Below are positions 1 through 15,586 of a stretch of 64,000 nucleotides of DNA, piece after piece. The position numbers and the translations under genes were made by a program. How positions within the stretch are numbered: position 1 is the first letter of the stretch; each line of letters opens with the position of its first letter. The stretch lies in the NCBI RefSeq assembly GCF_009914755.1, contig NC_060943.1. The stretch is one strand, 5' to 3'. The notes under the pieces were generated by a model. That model had not been told where the DNA came from. It was given only the letters and a program-made list of their open reading frames with translations, and ran no database searches. The stretch comes from the human T2T-CHM13v2.0 reference genome, Homo sapiens.

Positions 1-706
1 TTCTCTCTGGCTGCTCTTAACATTTTTTCCTTCATTTCAACTTTGGTGAATCTGACAATTATGTGTCTTGGAATTCCTCTTCTCGAGGAGTATCTTTGTG
101 GCGTTCTCTGTATTTCCTGATTTGAATGTTGGTCTGCCTTGCTAGATTGGGGAAGTTCTCCTGGATAATATCCTGCAGAATGCTTTCCAACTTGGTTCCA
201 TTCTCCCCGTCACTTTTAGATACACCAATCAGATGTAGATTTGGTCTTTTCACATAGTCCCATATTTCTTGGAGGCTTTGTTCGTTTCTTTTTATTCTTT
301 TTTCTCTAAACTTCTCTTCTCGCTTCATTTCATTCATTTCATTTTCCATCGCTGATACCCTTTCTTCCAGTTGATCGCATCGGCTACAGAGGCTTCTGCA
401 TTCGTCACATAGCTCTCGTGCCTTGGTTTTCAGCTCCATCAGGTCCTTTAAGAACTTCTCTGCATTGGTTATTCTAGTTATCTATTCGTCTAATTTTTTT
501 TCAAAGCCTTTAACTTCTTTGCCATTAGTTCGAATTTCCTCCTGTAGCTTGGAATAGTTTGATCATCTGAAGCCTTCTCTCAACTCGTCAAAGTCATTCT
601 CTGTCCAGCTTTGTTCTGTTCCTGGTGAGGAGCTGCGTTCCTTTGGAGGAAGAGAGGCGCTCGGATTTTTAGAGTTTCCAGTTTTTCTGCTCTGTTTTTT
701 TCCCAT
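1..706 (-). pseudogene. L1 ORF1, disabled
   Basis: ATG at 706-704 (MGKKQSRKTGNSKN...), in-frame TGA at 565-563 (codon 48, CGA>TGA) and a frameshift near 120. ORF-track 59..439 (MELKTKAREL...EQSLQEIWDYVKRPNL) is the ORF1p middle part. Confidence 0.92.
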
Positions 707-1287
707 CTTTGTGGTTTTATCTACCTTTGGTCTTTGATGATGGTGATGTACAGATGGGTTTTTGGTGTGGATGTCCTTTCTCTTTGTTAGTTTTCCTTCT
801 AACAGACAGGACCCTCAGCTGCAGGTCTGTTGAAGTTTGCTGGAGGTCCACTCCAGACACTGTTTGCCTGGGTATCAGCAGCGGTGGCTGCAGAACAGCG
901 GATTTTGCTGAACCGCAGATACTGCTGCCTGATCGTTCCTCTGGAAGTTTTGTCTCAGAGGAGTACCCGGCCGTGTCAGGTGTCAGTCCACCCCTACTGG
1001 GGGGTGCCTCCCAGTTAGGCTACTTGGGGGTCAGGGACCCACTTGAGAAGGCAGTCTGCCCATTCTCAGATCTCAAGCTGCATGCTGGGAGAACCACTAC
1101 TCTCTTCAAAGCTGTCAGAGAGGGACATTTAAGTCTGCAGAGGTTACTGCTGTCTTTTTGTTTGTCTGTGCCCTGCCCCCAGAGGTGGAGCCTAAGAGGC
1201 AGGCAGGCCTCCTTGAGCTGTGGTGGGCTCCACCCAGTTTGAGCTTCCCGGCTGCTTTGTTTACCTAATCAAACAACTAACTCGGCA

Positions 1288-1362
1288 ATGGTGGGCGCCC
1301 CTCGCCCAGCCTCGCTGCTGCCTTGCAGTTTGATCTCGGGCTGCTGTGCTAGCAATGAGTGA
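1288..1362 (+). pseudogene. L1 antisense ORF0, truncated at codon 25
   Basis: MVGAPRPASLLPCSLISGCCASNE* matches the ORF0 N-terminus; the stop TGA at 1360-1362 is at a CpG site. Confidence 0.8.
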
Positions 1363-4300
1363 GACTCCATTGGCGTAGGACCCTCTGAGCTGGGTGAGGG
1401 ATATAATATCCTGGTGTGCCGTTTTTTAAGCCCGTTGGAAAAGCGCAGTATTAGGGTGGGAGTGACCAAATTTTCCAGTTGCCATCTGTCACCCTTTTCT
1501 TTGACTAGGAAAGGGAATTCCCTGACCCCTTGCACTTCCTGGGTGAGGCGATGCCTCGCCCTGCTTTGGCTCGTGCACAGTGCGCTGCACCCACCATCCT
1601 GCGCCTACTGTCTGGCACTCCCCAGTGAGATGAACCCAGTACCCCAGTTGGAAATGCACAAATCACCCATCTTCTATATCGCTCACGTTGGGAGCTGTTG
1701 ACCAGAGCTGTTCCTATTCGGCCATCTTGGCTCCTCCCCCCTCATGTAAATATTATCAAAACAAGAGGAGAAGGGGTCAAAATAATGTTACACAAGCTAC
1801 AAGTTAAGTTAAAAACTGTCATACTTTATAAAGTGTATTTAAGTCAAAACTTCAAAAAGACAAAGAAGGACATTAGATTCATTCACTGGGAACCTATTAC
1901 AAATTTGTATATACATGTGTGTATTTATGTGTGTGTGTCTCATATTGGGGTTTCAGCTATATAAAGCAAATACTAACAAAACTGAATAAACACAAAGAGA
2001 GCAATACAATTATAGTAGGATATTTCAATACTCCACTTTCTGTAATAAAACAAGAGAGAATATTAGTAAGGAAACAGAAGACTAGAAGGCAGTAAAAAAA
2101 CAATTATTTCTAATGAAGGTATAGAGAACACTCCTCGACAACATCAGGATACACAGCCTTCTCATTACCTCATACAACTTTCTTCTTTATAGACCACCTG
2201 TTAGGCCAAAAACAAAGCCTTAACACATTTTTTAAAACTGAAATTTTATAGATCACTTTCTATGACAAAAATGGAATTAGAGTATAAAACAATAATATAA
2301 ATAATTGATAAATTTAAAAATATTTAGAAATGATACAACACAGTATTAAGCATGCACTTGTTGAAATAACTGGCTGGGTGCGGTGGCTCAGGCCTGTAAT
2401 CCCAGCACTTTGGGAGGCTGAGGTGGGTGAATTTAACTCCATCTCAAAAACAAACAATCGAAAAAGGAGTAATATTGTGAAGATGTCTATACTGTTCAAT
2501 TTAATCTACAGAATTAATGCACCATTTTTCAAATTTCTCATTGCACTTTTGAATAAAAACAGCAAATCCAAAAGTATATGGAATCTAAAGAGTTAATAAA
2601 GTACTCAATAATCTTCAAGGAATAATGTTGGAGGCATTACAATTTCTGATTTCTAAACACATCAAAAAGCTACAGAATTAAAACAATTTGGTATGAGTAT
2701 AAAAGTGAAAAAGTAGAACAATAAAACAGAATGCAGCACATATGTTAGCTTTCACATAATTATTGCAGCATTGTTACTGAAAGCCAACAGGTTAAAACAA
2801 TACAAATTTCTGTCATCAAATCATTCAGTAGGTAGAAAAATACTGGAATCTCATTCAGTTTTCAAATAGCAGAAAATAGTCTAACTATTAAGATAAATAT
2901 TGATGACATTATGCAAAATAAAATAAGCCAGCCAGAAAAAGACAGAGATTATATGAGATATGTAAAGCAGTTATACTCCTAGAAACAGAAAACAGAGTGG
3001 TGTTTGAAAAGTGCCACGAAATTGGATGAATTGGTAGTTGTTTAATGTGTAGTGAGATTTAGCTTTGCAAGATAAAAACATTCTAGTGATGTTGCATAAC
3101 AATGTCTATATAATTAATATGACCAAACTGAATATTTAGAAATATATACTTGTCACTCTAACTCTCAGGCAAAACTGCAGTGGCATTATCTCAGCTCACT
3201 GCAACCTCCGCCTCCTGGGTTTAAGTGATTCCTCTGCCTCAGCCTTCTCAGTAGCTGGAATTACAGGTGATCACCACCACGCCTGGCTAATTTTTTGTAT
3301 TTTAGTAGAGACAGGGTTTCACCATGTTGGCCAGGATGGTCTCAATCTTCTGACACCGTGATCCACCCACCTCGGCCTTTGAAAGTGACGGGATTACAGG
3401 CATAAGCCACCGCGCCCAGCCTAGAAAATTTTATTGTTAATTTTGTTATGTGTTTTTGACACATAACGCATAAGTAAAAATAAACAATAATACCTAAAAG
3501 AGATACAGAGTAATTATTGTTTTTAAATTATCTTCAAATCCAAAAATGTTTCTCTGGCACAAAATTAATATAGATTCAAAAATAAATAGACGCTGAAATT
3601 GGGAGAGATTTTATGACTACTCACCTAGACAGGATTAAAAAAACTGTTACAGGCCAGGCGAAGTGGCTCATGCCTGTAATCCCAGCACTTTGGGAGGCCG
3701 AGGCAGGCAGACCACCTGAGGTCAGGAGTTTGAGACCAACCTGACCAAAATGGTGAAACCCTGTCTCTACTAAAAGTACAAAATTAGCCGGGTGTGGTGG
3801 CACATTCCTGTAATCCCAGCTACTCAGGAGGCTGAGGTAGGAGAATGGCATGAACCTAGAAGTTGGAGGTTTCAGTGAGCTGAGATCCCACCATTGTACT
3901 GCAGCCTGCATAACAAGAGTGAAATTCCCTCTCAAAAAAACCAAAACCAAAACCAAAACCAAAAACCTGTTACACCATACCTACAAAACAAATATACAAG
4001 TGACACAAAGCTACAGGGATAATATTTATACAGGCAAAGAAACACAGAAACAATTATATTGGCAATAGATACATGGCTTTTTCATATTTAATTTTGCTCT
4101 TCACTGTCTTAAATTGTACAGTTAAATATTGTTACATACAATTATAAACTAAAAAATATATTGTTATATACAATTATAATATAAACTAAAAAATCAACAC
4201 ATAATTAAATGATGTGATGTGACATTCCCAAAAATATATAACACAAAATATTAAATTACAAAAAAATTAAAACATGGGATGTAAAACAAGTAGATCAATG

Positions 4301-5068
4301 TATTCATGAAAGGACTCTTAAAATATAAGGTAAAGTAATACAGAGGTTACTTGAAGATTTAAAAAAAAAAAGCTGAGAACTTCCCAAATTTTGATGTAAC
4401 AACAACAAAAACTTCTAACCAGTAATACTCGATTCAAAATTATTTTACTTCAAAAAGAATATAAAAATAAAGACTTTCCAAAATAAAAGTTGAGACTGTT
4501 CATCACCATTGGCACAGTCCTACAAGATATAATATACAGGGTTGTGCTCCCTGGCTCACGCCTGTAATCCCAACACTTTGGGAGGCCAAGGTGGGTGGAT
4601 TGTCTGAGGTCAGGAGTCCAAGACCAGCCTGAATAACATGGTGAAACACCGTTTGTACTAAAAGTGCAAAAATTATTTGGGCATGGTGGCACATTCCTGT
4701 TGTCCCAGCTACTGAGGAGGACAAGGCAGGAGAATTTCTTGAATCAAGGAGGTGGCGACTGTAATGAGCCAAAATCATGCCACGGTACTCCAGCCTGTGA
4801 CAGAGAAAGACTCCATCTCAAAAAAAAAAAAAAAAAAAAGGCCCAGTGCAATGGTGCCCACCACACTCCATCCTGGGCCATAGAGTGAGACTCAATCTCA
4901 AAAAACAAAACAAAACAAAACAAAAAACAAAATCGAAATGATTATTCATAAAACCTTTAAAGTTCTTTTATAGAATATAAAAAACAATATGTAAATGTGC
5001 ATAAATCGGCTGGGCGCAGTGGCTCATGCCTGTAAGCCCAGTGCTTTGGAAGGCCAAGGGGGGAATCA

Positions 5069-5407
<339 letters not shown>

Positions 5408-5925
5408 TTAAAACATATTGTTTTAACTTTAAGATGTATGTAATCTCCAGCTTTCAAGATGATTACAAAGATAATATTTATAGAAAGTGTGCAAAAGAAA
5501 ATAAAAAATAATGCATGCCAGTACAAAATTAAATAAAAATTAAGAAAGTAAAACAGGAAATGAGAAAAATAAAACTACTAGAAACACACAAAACAATAAT
5601 AACGTAACTGGAAATAACAACTTCATTTCTTTAAGCAATCATTTTAAATATAAATTAATTAAACTACTTAATAAAATAAAATGTAATCTTAGGACTTTGG
5701 AAGGCCAACGTAGGCTGATCACTTGATCCCAGGAGTTCAAGACCAGCCTGGGCAACATGGCAAAACTCTGTCTCTACAAAAAATACAAAAAAGCTATTTG
5801 GGTGTGATGGCACATACTAGTAACCCAGCTACTTGAGAGGCTAAAATGAGAGGATAATCTGAGTTTGGGAGGTCTGGATAGCAGTGAGACATGCAAATCA
5901 GCCTGGTTGACAGAGTGAGGCCCTA

Positions 5926-6299
<374 letters not shown>

Positions 6300-6714
6300 T
6301 TAAAAAGCAATCAGTATGCTGCCTATAAGAGACTCATTTTAGCATTCAGTCAAATAGGCTGAAGTAACAGAATGGAAAAACGTATATTCCATGAAAATAG
6401 TAACCACAATTGAGTGGGGTAGTCATAATTAGACATAACATGCTTTAAGTCATGTACTACTATGAGACAAAGACTGATATTATATTATGACAAAGTTAGT
6501 TGATGTAGCAGAAATCTATAACTATAATATTTATCTTTCTATATGTATATGTGTATATAACATCAGGGCTCCAAAATACATAAAGCAAATATTGACAAAA
6601 GTGAAGGAAGACATACATAGCAACATAATCATTGTAGACATCAAGACCCCATTTGCAGTAAATGGAAAATTCAGAAAAAAAATAAGAAACAGGAAACTTA
6701 GAAAACATTATAGA

Positions 6715-7125
6715 CTATGTTATTTATTTTGCAAATAGAGGAATAATTGAGAGTACGTTATTTATAACAAAAAGGGGTATATTTGGCTCACAGTTTGGCA
6801 GACTGTATAAGAAGTGTGTGTCAACAACTGCTTCTGGTGAAGATCTCAGGAAACTTACAATCATGGTGAAAAATAAAGAGTAACTGGATGTATTATATGG
6901 TAAGAGACAGAGCAAGTGTGAGGTGAAGGAGCCAGGTTCTTTTAAGGAACCTACTCTCATTTGAATCAATAGAGCATAAACTTTTTGGTTACCAAGAAAA
7001 TGTACCAGCCATTCATGAGAAATTTGCCCCTGTGACCCAAACATGTCCCACCAGGTCCTACATCCAACATTAAGGATTTATACTGCAGCATGAGGTTTGG
7101 AGAACATGGATATCCAAACCATATT
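6715..7125 (-). mobile_element. MaLR solo LTR (MST family)
   Basis: Typical MST motifs (ttggctcacagtt..., gcttctggtga...ctcaggaaacttacaatcatgg, tccaaaccatat). A paralogous copy is at ~49325-49735 (+). Confidence 0.8.
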
Positions 7126-7964
7126 ATAGACCAACTAGGCTTCACAGATGCATACAAAACTTTCCAGTCAAAACCAAGATAATACAAAATATTCTTATTT
7201 GCATCTGGTGTATTCTGTTAGGACACATACCAAGTTTTATTAAATTCAAAAATACTGATTGGGTGAAATGGCTGTTGCCTACAATCCTAACACTTTGGGA
7301 GATCAAGGTAAGAGGATCCATTGGTGCCAAAAGTTTAAGACCAGCCTGGGCAACGTAGTCAGATCCGAACACTACAAACAAACCAACCATTAAACAGACA
7401 TCTAGTGCGTATCTGTAGTCCTAGCTACTCAGAAAACTGAGGTAAAAGGATCACTTGAGCCCAGGAGGCTGAGGCTACAGAGAGCCAAAATTATGCCACT
7501 GCACTTCACACGAGGTGACAGTAAAATCTTGCCTCAAAACAACAAAAACAATCATTTAAAAAAGACTAAAATTACACACTGTGTGTTTTCTAATAAAAAC
7601 TGAATGAAACTAGGAATTAAAAGCAAAAGTCAAACTGGCAAATTCAAAACTGTGTATATGAAACACACTCTTCAACATATTCTTGCTCAGGGGTCAAAAA
7701 ATTTCATTTTTCACAAAATGTCAATAAAATCTAGAGTTAAAAGCTACAGAACATAAACAATGTGATACTGACACAAAGATAAACTGATGAAAGAACAGAA
7801 TGGAGAGCTCAGAAATGAACCCTTCTGTATATGATGAAATGATCTTCCACAAAGTTGCCATGAGTAAAAAATGGAGAAAAATAATCTCTTCAAAAAATGA
7901 TGTTGAAAAGTGAATATCAACACCGATAAAATAAAGTTGGATTATTTCCTTGAATGTTACAAAA

Positions 7965-8100
7965 ATATATTTTTAATAAAATATTATTTAAAATATTTTA
8001 ATTTTTTAATATTAAATTCAATTATTTAAATAATTAAATTATTAATTTTAATTATTAAAATTATTAATTTAATTATTAAAAATAGTTTAATAAAATAACT
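7965..8100. repeat. AT-rich low-complexity tract
   Basis: About 135 bp almost free of G/C, built from attatt/aattt units. Confidence 0.9.
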
Positions 8101-8698
8101 AACAAATCTTTTAGGAAAAAATACGGGAAAAAGACATGACACTGGTTTGGCACAATTTTCTTAGATACAAAATTAAATGCCTGAGCAACAAATGAAACAG
8201 AAAAGTTTACACTAGACTTCAAAATTTCTGCATATTAGAAACAATTCAAGAGTAACAACATCCCTTAGAAAATGGGTAAAACATTTGCATATTACATGTG
8301 ACAGAAATTAATATTCAAAATATATAAACAACCCTTAAAACTAAACAATGATGAATAACTTAATTTAGAAATGGACAAATGAAATTTTTATTAGAAAAGT
8401 ACACAAATGAGAAAAAGCATTTGAAAGGACACAGAAAATTACTAGTTTATAGAGAAATGAAAAAAAAAAACACAATGACAAACAAAATCACCTCACACAC
8501 ATTAGAATGGCCACTATAAATTTTTTTAAAAACACCAAATCTGTTGATGATGCAATAAAAATGAAACCTAAGTTGAATGTTGGTGGATAACAAAGGTGCA
8601 GTCATTATTTTAAAAAGTTATAAATGTTTCTCATTTATAAATCTATATCCAAAATACGTAAAAAAAGCCAGGCACAGTGGCTCAAGCCCGTAATCCTA

Positions 8699-8986
<288 letters not shown>

Positions 8987-10556
8987 CTATCTTTATTATA
9001 CCAGTATTCAAAAAAGCCAAAAGGCTGAAGCAACCCAGATGTCTCTTGATTTAAAAATACGTCAAAAAATATAACATATACATAAAATGGAATATTATTC
9101 CACCTTAAATAAAACAATCTTGTCACATTTTAAGATAAACATTGAGAATATTATGTCACTTGAATAATCCAGTAACAAAATTATGGATACTGTACGATTC
9201 CACTTATATGAGATACCTTAAGTAGTCAAAATCATAAAAATAGAAAGTGGAAATTTTGTCTGTCAAGGGCTGGAGAGAGGGTAAAATTAGCAGTTGTTAT
9301 TTCATGGGTATTGAGTTTTAGTTTTGCAAGATGTAAAATTTCTAGGAGTCTTTTGCATAACAATGTGAATATACTTAACATGCCTGAAATGAACAGCTTG
9401 TTTATTTTGAGACAGGGTCTCACTCTGTCACCCAAGCTGGTGTGTAGTGGCACAATTTTGACTCCAGCTCAATCTCCCATGTAGCTGGGACCACAGCTGC
9501 ACACCACGATGCCTGACTCTTATTAATTTTTTTTTTTATAGAAAGGGGTCTCCATATGTTCCCCAGGCTGGTCTCAAACTTCTGGGCTCCAGGAATCCTC
9601 CTGTCTTGGCCTCCCAAAATCCTGGGATTACAGAAGAGAGCCACAACCATGCCTGGCCCTGAAATATACACTTCAATAAATTTAAGATGGTAAATGTTAT
9701 GTTACGTGTTTTTAAAACAATGTTTAAAAAAAAAAACTGAAAAAAATCCAGAATTATTAATCTTTTTGAAAATTACCTTCAAATCACAAAACTGTTTCTC
9801 TCACAAAAGGAAATATATATTCATCATTAAACCCATGTTGAAAATAAGACTATCTTCATGACTACTCACTTAGACAAGATAAAACTACCATCAAAAATCA
9901 GCTAAGAATATAAGATAAGCCATAACTAAAACTGGGGTCATATTTATAGATAAACACACACATACATATGTAATCTGATTGTGATAGACACGTGCAATTT
10001 ATCTCTTAAGCCTCAAATGGACTTAAAGTGTACAAACAGAATTGCAAATTCTCTAAAATTATAATACATAAGTAAAACCAATAGGCACAATAAACTGATG
10101 TTAAGAAACCTACACTGAGACCAGGCGCAGTGGCTCATGACTATAATTGCAGCACTTTGGAAGGCCAAGGTGGGCAGATCACAAGGTCAGAAGTTTGAGA
10201 TTAGCCTGAACAATATGGTGAAACACCATCTCGAATAATAATGCAAGAATTGGCCGGGGGTGGTGGCGTGCCTGTAGTCCCAGCTATTCCGGAGGCTGAG
10301 GCAGAAGAATGGCTTGAACTTGGAAGGCGGAGGTTGCAGTGAGCTGAGATCGCGCCAGTGCACTTTAGCCTGAGCAACATGGCGAAACTTCCTCTCAAAA
10401 CAACAACAACAGCAGCAACAACAAACAAAAAAACTACACTGAAGAAACATGCTAATACAGAACTTCAAACAATAAGACAAATGTTTACTCATAAAATCTG
10501 GTGTAACACATGGAAGTATCATTACGAAAATTTGTCAGGCCAGGCGCGGTGGCTCA

Positions 10557-10892
<336 letters not shown>

Positions 10893-12662
10893 TCATTGGC
10901 ATGCACTGTGTAGCAGTAAAATTTTGAGAATATGCAGTATAATTATAAATAGATTCTAATGAGAAACTTAATAAATTAGCATTTAAAAGAAACTGGAGTT
11001 TCTTTTTATGTTTTAAATATATGCTATTCTTACACAAAACGAAACTGCTGTATTCTAACTTTAGAAGCAAAGAATAGCCTTACATTGTTAAACACAGAAA
11101 AAAATATATATATATTTTGGAGAATAGGGTTAGACCCTCTGATATGTAAAACAAATATTAGGAAATAAACTCATTATTTATATACAGGGTGAAGAAAGTA
11201 GATGAAAATTCCATAATTTTATAACTACTTATAACTAGTAACTATGTTTATATTTAGTAACTATTTTCATAAATATGGAGTGCTTACTAATTATCTAATT
11301 TACTTTCAGCATACCATGCAAATTCTAGCATATTATCCTAAATAACTGAATCTAAAATTACAAATTTGAAATAGAATATAGAAAGAAAAAAGGTATAAGG
11401 AGAGTGACATCAGTAAGATGAAAATAATAAAAGTGCTCTATTTTCATATCCCCTTATAGCAAAAAAAGTCAGCCATCCCTGACCAAAAATGACTTTATGA
11501 GACAACCAGGCATTATGGTTCACATCTGTAATGACAGCTACATGGTACATTACTGTTGGAGAGAAATGCTTCAGGCCAGGATTTTGAGACCAGCCTTGGT
11601 TATGTAGCAAGACGTCATCTCCAAAATAAGTGCCTCTAAGAGAGATGTGAGATCCAGGGATGCAGTTGTGAAACCCTATTAAAGCTGAAGTTCGAGACGT
11701 GTTCTATTCAGAAGGCAGGCCCTCATTCAGGTGGGAAATTACAGGACCCCTGTTCTTGGCTACAGACCAGGATAGGGTTCACCCAACTTGGTCCCACTGA
11801 GAATTCTGAACTTACTCTGTAGCCACCACAAACTCCTCCCAAGCCAGAGTCTGGCAGAGGTCCTGCTATTCCAGAGACCTGGAGGAAGGCATCTATTTAC
11901 AGCCATGTAGGCAGGCCTGCATACCTTGGCCTTTACCATGGTCCCTGAAACAGTTCACTGACTCAGTTTCCGTTACACGAGCCACAGTTCATGGTCAGTC
12001 CTGCCTATATAGAAACCCACACAGTTACCTGAGGAAATGCTCTCTGGTACTCACTGAAAGCCACACTCATCCACATCCTGATTTAAGGCCCAGCATCTGC
12101 AGACCTGACTGCAAAAACATGCCCTAGTGTCTGCCCTACAGAGCAAAGTCCCGAAGGATATGCAGTCTGTCCAAAAATAAAATGGAAATTACAACTACCC
12201 AAGCCCCTGTAACAAGCCAACTGAAGATGAAACCTAATGGAGACCCAGCAGCCTTGTGACCAAGCTACAACCCCTCTTCACTACAAATTCAGAGGGCATC
12301 TCATCACCCTAAGGGCCCAATAAAAGAAAATCTTTACAATCTAAAATCAGTTTATGAAAACTTGAAGAGGTGTCTGCTCCATCAAATTCAAACACCAATA
12401 CAAAACTATATTGTGCCCATTTTCAATGCTTCTATTTTAATGTAGCACTGGAAGTATGGGCAGAAGAATTAGTCAAAGAAATAAATAAATCCATTGAAAT
12501 TAAAAAATAAGTAATCTTATATTTAAAAAACCATAAACAGTACATTAAAACCTCTCTAAACTAATAAATACACTCAGTAAATTAGCAAAATATAAAATTA
12601 ACATACAAGTATATCTATGGTTTCATACACTTAAACTATCTGACAAAATAGAGGAAGAAAAT

Positions 12663-12668
12663 TTTATT
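12663..12668 (-). terminator. Candidate poly(A) signal for the KRAB-only isoform
   Basis: First AATAAA on the minus strand downstream of the 13197 stop (~530-nt 3'UTR). Confidence 0.5.
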
Positions 12669-13196
12669 GACTATACCTTAAATAATAAATTTCTGAGGAA
12701 AATATTAACCAAGGAGGTAAATCTTTACAATAAAAAAAGGAAAAGTTAGAAAAGATACAAATAAATTTTAAAATATTTTGTCTATGAATTGAAAACATGA
12801 ATATTATTGAAGTGCCATATTATCCAAAGTAATCTATAGATTCAATAAACTTCCTATTAAAATTGCAGTGGTACTATTTTCACAATAATGGAAAATACAA
12901 TTCAAAAATTTACATGAAACTAAAATAAACTTTGAATAGCCAAAGCAATCATGAGGAAAATAACAAAGAGGAAGGATGTCATAATTTCAAACTATATATT
13001 TCAAGCCTAGATAGTAATAAAAACAGAATGGACTGTGCAGAAAAATGAACAAAAAAAAATTCAACAGAAACTATTACTCTCAGACATTTCAGATCTGATG
13101 CAAAGAGAACTTTGAGAGTAATTTTAGTTTCTCAAAATCATGCAGACATTTGTGCGTCCCAAAAATTATGGAAAAGCAGCCACACTGTGCAGTCTC

Positions 13197-13249
13197 TTAT
13201 ATGTCATGAAGAGGACTTTGGCTCTCACTGTGAACTTGAAGGAAGCTCA
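13197..13249 (-). CDS. ZNF626: Alternative terminal exon, coding part (V)SFLQVHSESQSPLHDI*; gives a 92-aa KRAB-only isoform
   Basis: Strong acceptor TTTTCCTTTTCTTTCAG|TGAGC; phase 1 matches exon 3; 3+127+96+53=279 nt = 92 aa + TAA. Agrees with my recollection of the short ZNF626 isoform. Confidence 0.82.
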
Positions 13250-13473
13250 CTGAAAGAAAAGGAAAATCCTTAGAGAATTTAAAAGCATAAGACAGAAGAT
13301 GCCCCTTTGTAAGCAAAATTAAAAAAGAAAAAACCAAACAAACAAACAAACAAAAAATAGCTGCCCAAGAACTATTTCCTTTGGAACACAGCTCCCCAAA
13401 TCACACTTTAAGGACTGGCTTTCTCTTTGACCTTGGGACCCCTTATCTGTGTCATCTGTTGTATTCATTTTCA

Positions 13474-13614
<141 letters not shown>

Positions 13615-14059
13615 TTATGTTCTCCAATTACAAGCTAGTAATGTGCTCAGCACAGAGGATGTGATAAAATATTCTAGTAAATTAATACAAAAATACTAAG
13701 TTGTAACAGAAATTTTTAAATAATTAGAAAATACTTTCAATTTGTAGGTTTCTTAATTTTACTACCTGGTGCTACTGAATCAAAAATTGGTGGTGGCAAT
13801 TAGATTTTCAGGTGGAGCAACAATATTTTATGCCACTAAATTTCTGGAATTACCACTAATTTAGAGTGAAAAATACAGCTCAACTCAGGAAAGTGGAAAG
13901 TTTGGATTAAGATAAAACATGTTGAAGAAATTCTTTTCTAAACGAACAAATTCTGAAGATTTTCTGGAAAATGGGGATCTGAAACTCTTTTATGCAAAGA
14001 ATAAATTACTAAAAAACATTCTACAAAAAATAAATAAATAAAATCTATAGGGTATATTA

Positions 14060-14257
<198 letters not shown>

Positions 14258-15261
14258 TTAATTTGACTTAAGGTGAAATAAGAGAGTAAAGAGAACTGGT
14301 TCTGACTTATAGGACTGACTAAAATTATCCAATAAAATGATTTCAAAACAGAAATATTCTCTAATGTATTCTCTAACTCTGAGAAGAAAGAGCAGCATAA
14401 GATCCACAACATCAATTCATGTATGTTTCTAGATAATAAAGTATAAAATTAAGGGCAAGAACAGGAACATGTAAATTTTTCAGTGCTATAGTTACATTAT
14501 ACAGAATGAGTTGTGAATATTTTTCAGATGGAAAAGACATGTTTAGTTAGAAGGCATCTCTAAAGTTTTAATATGTACAATAAGCTGAAGACATCGTTAT
14601 GCAGGTTTTTTTTCCCCCAGAAGATCTGGAATAAAGTCTGATTTATTTATTTATTTATTTATTTAGAGATGGAGTTTCGCTCTTGTTGCCCAAGCTGGAG
14701 TGAAATGGTGCCATCTCAGCTCACCGCCACCTCCGCCTCCCGGGTTCAAGCAATTCTCCTGCCTCTGCCTCCTGAGTAGCTGGGATTACAGACATGCATC
14801 ACCGCACCCGGTAATTTTTTTCGTAGTTTTAGTAGAGATGGTGTTTATGTTGGTCAGGCTGGTCTTGAACTCCCTACCTCAGGTGATCTGCCCACTTTGG
14901 CCTCCTAAAGTGTTGGGATTACAGGTGGAGAAACCACACCTGGCCAATGTGGTGAATTTCTAATAAGCTCAACAGTAATGCCAATGTCTTTGGCCCAAGA
15001 AGGATATTTTGTCAAACATTTAGTAAGTGGAACAGCCTGTGTTTTTCCCACTTTTTCTAGCCTGTAAACAAACAGCCCTCATTTACCAAAGAAACATGTG
15101 TAGAAAAAAAAATAAGGACAGTTGCCAGATTAAATGTGATGGTTTATGCACATCAGCTGCATAAAGATACGTAATAATAAAGAGGAAAAATAATTAACTC
15201 TATAGTGAAAAAAATATGTCCCAGAGATCTTTAACCAATTAATTAATGGTTAATGCATTAA

Positions 15262-15586
<325 letters not shown>

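Larger units (their letters stand above)
1..1741 (-). mobile_element. 5' end of a probably full-length primate L1 (L1PA4-like or early L1PA3): complete 5'UTR plus disabled ORF1, in ZNF626 intron 3, sense to the gene
   Basis: The reverse complement starts GGGGGAGGAGCCAAGATGGCCGAATAGGAACAGCTC (L1 5' terminus with YY1 site). The 5'UTR is ~1035 bp and retains the ~129-bp block (~833-961) absent from L1HS/L1PA2. The element runs off the left edge. Confidence 0.93.

Noticed and set aside
709-1242. 177-aa + strand ORF
   Set aside because: GTG-started antisense reading of the L1 5'UTR; it is not ORF0 and has no recognisable domain.
7965-8100. Extreme AT-rich tract as a possible origin or matrix-attachment site
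   Set aside because: Simple low-complexity expansion within old L1 DNA; nothing supports a function.
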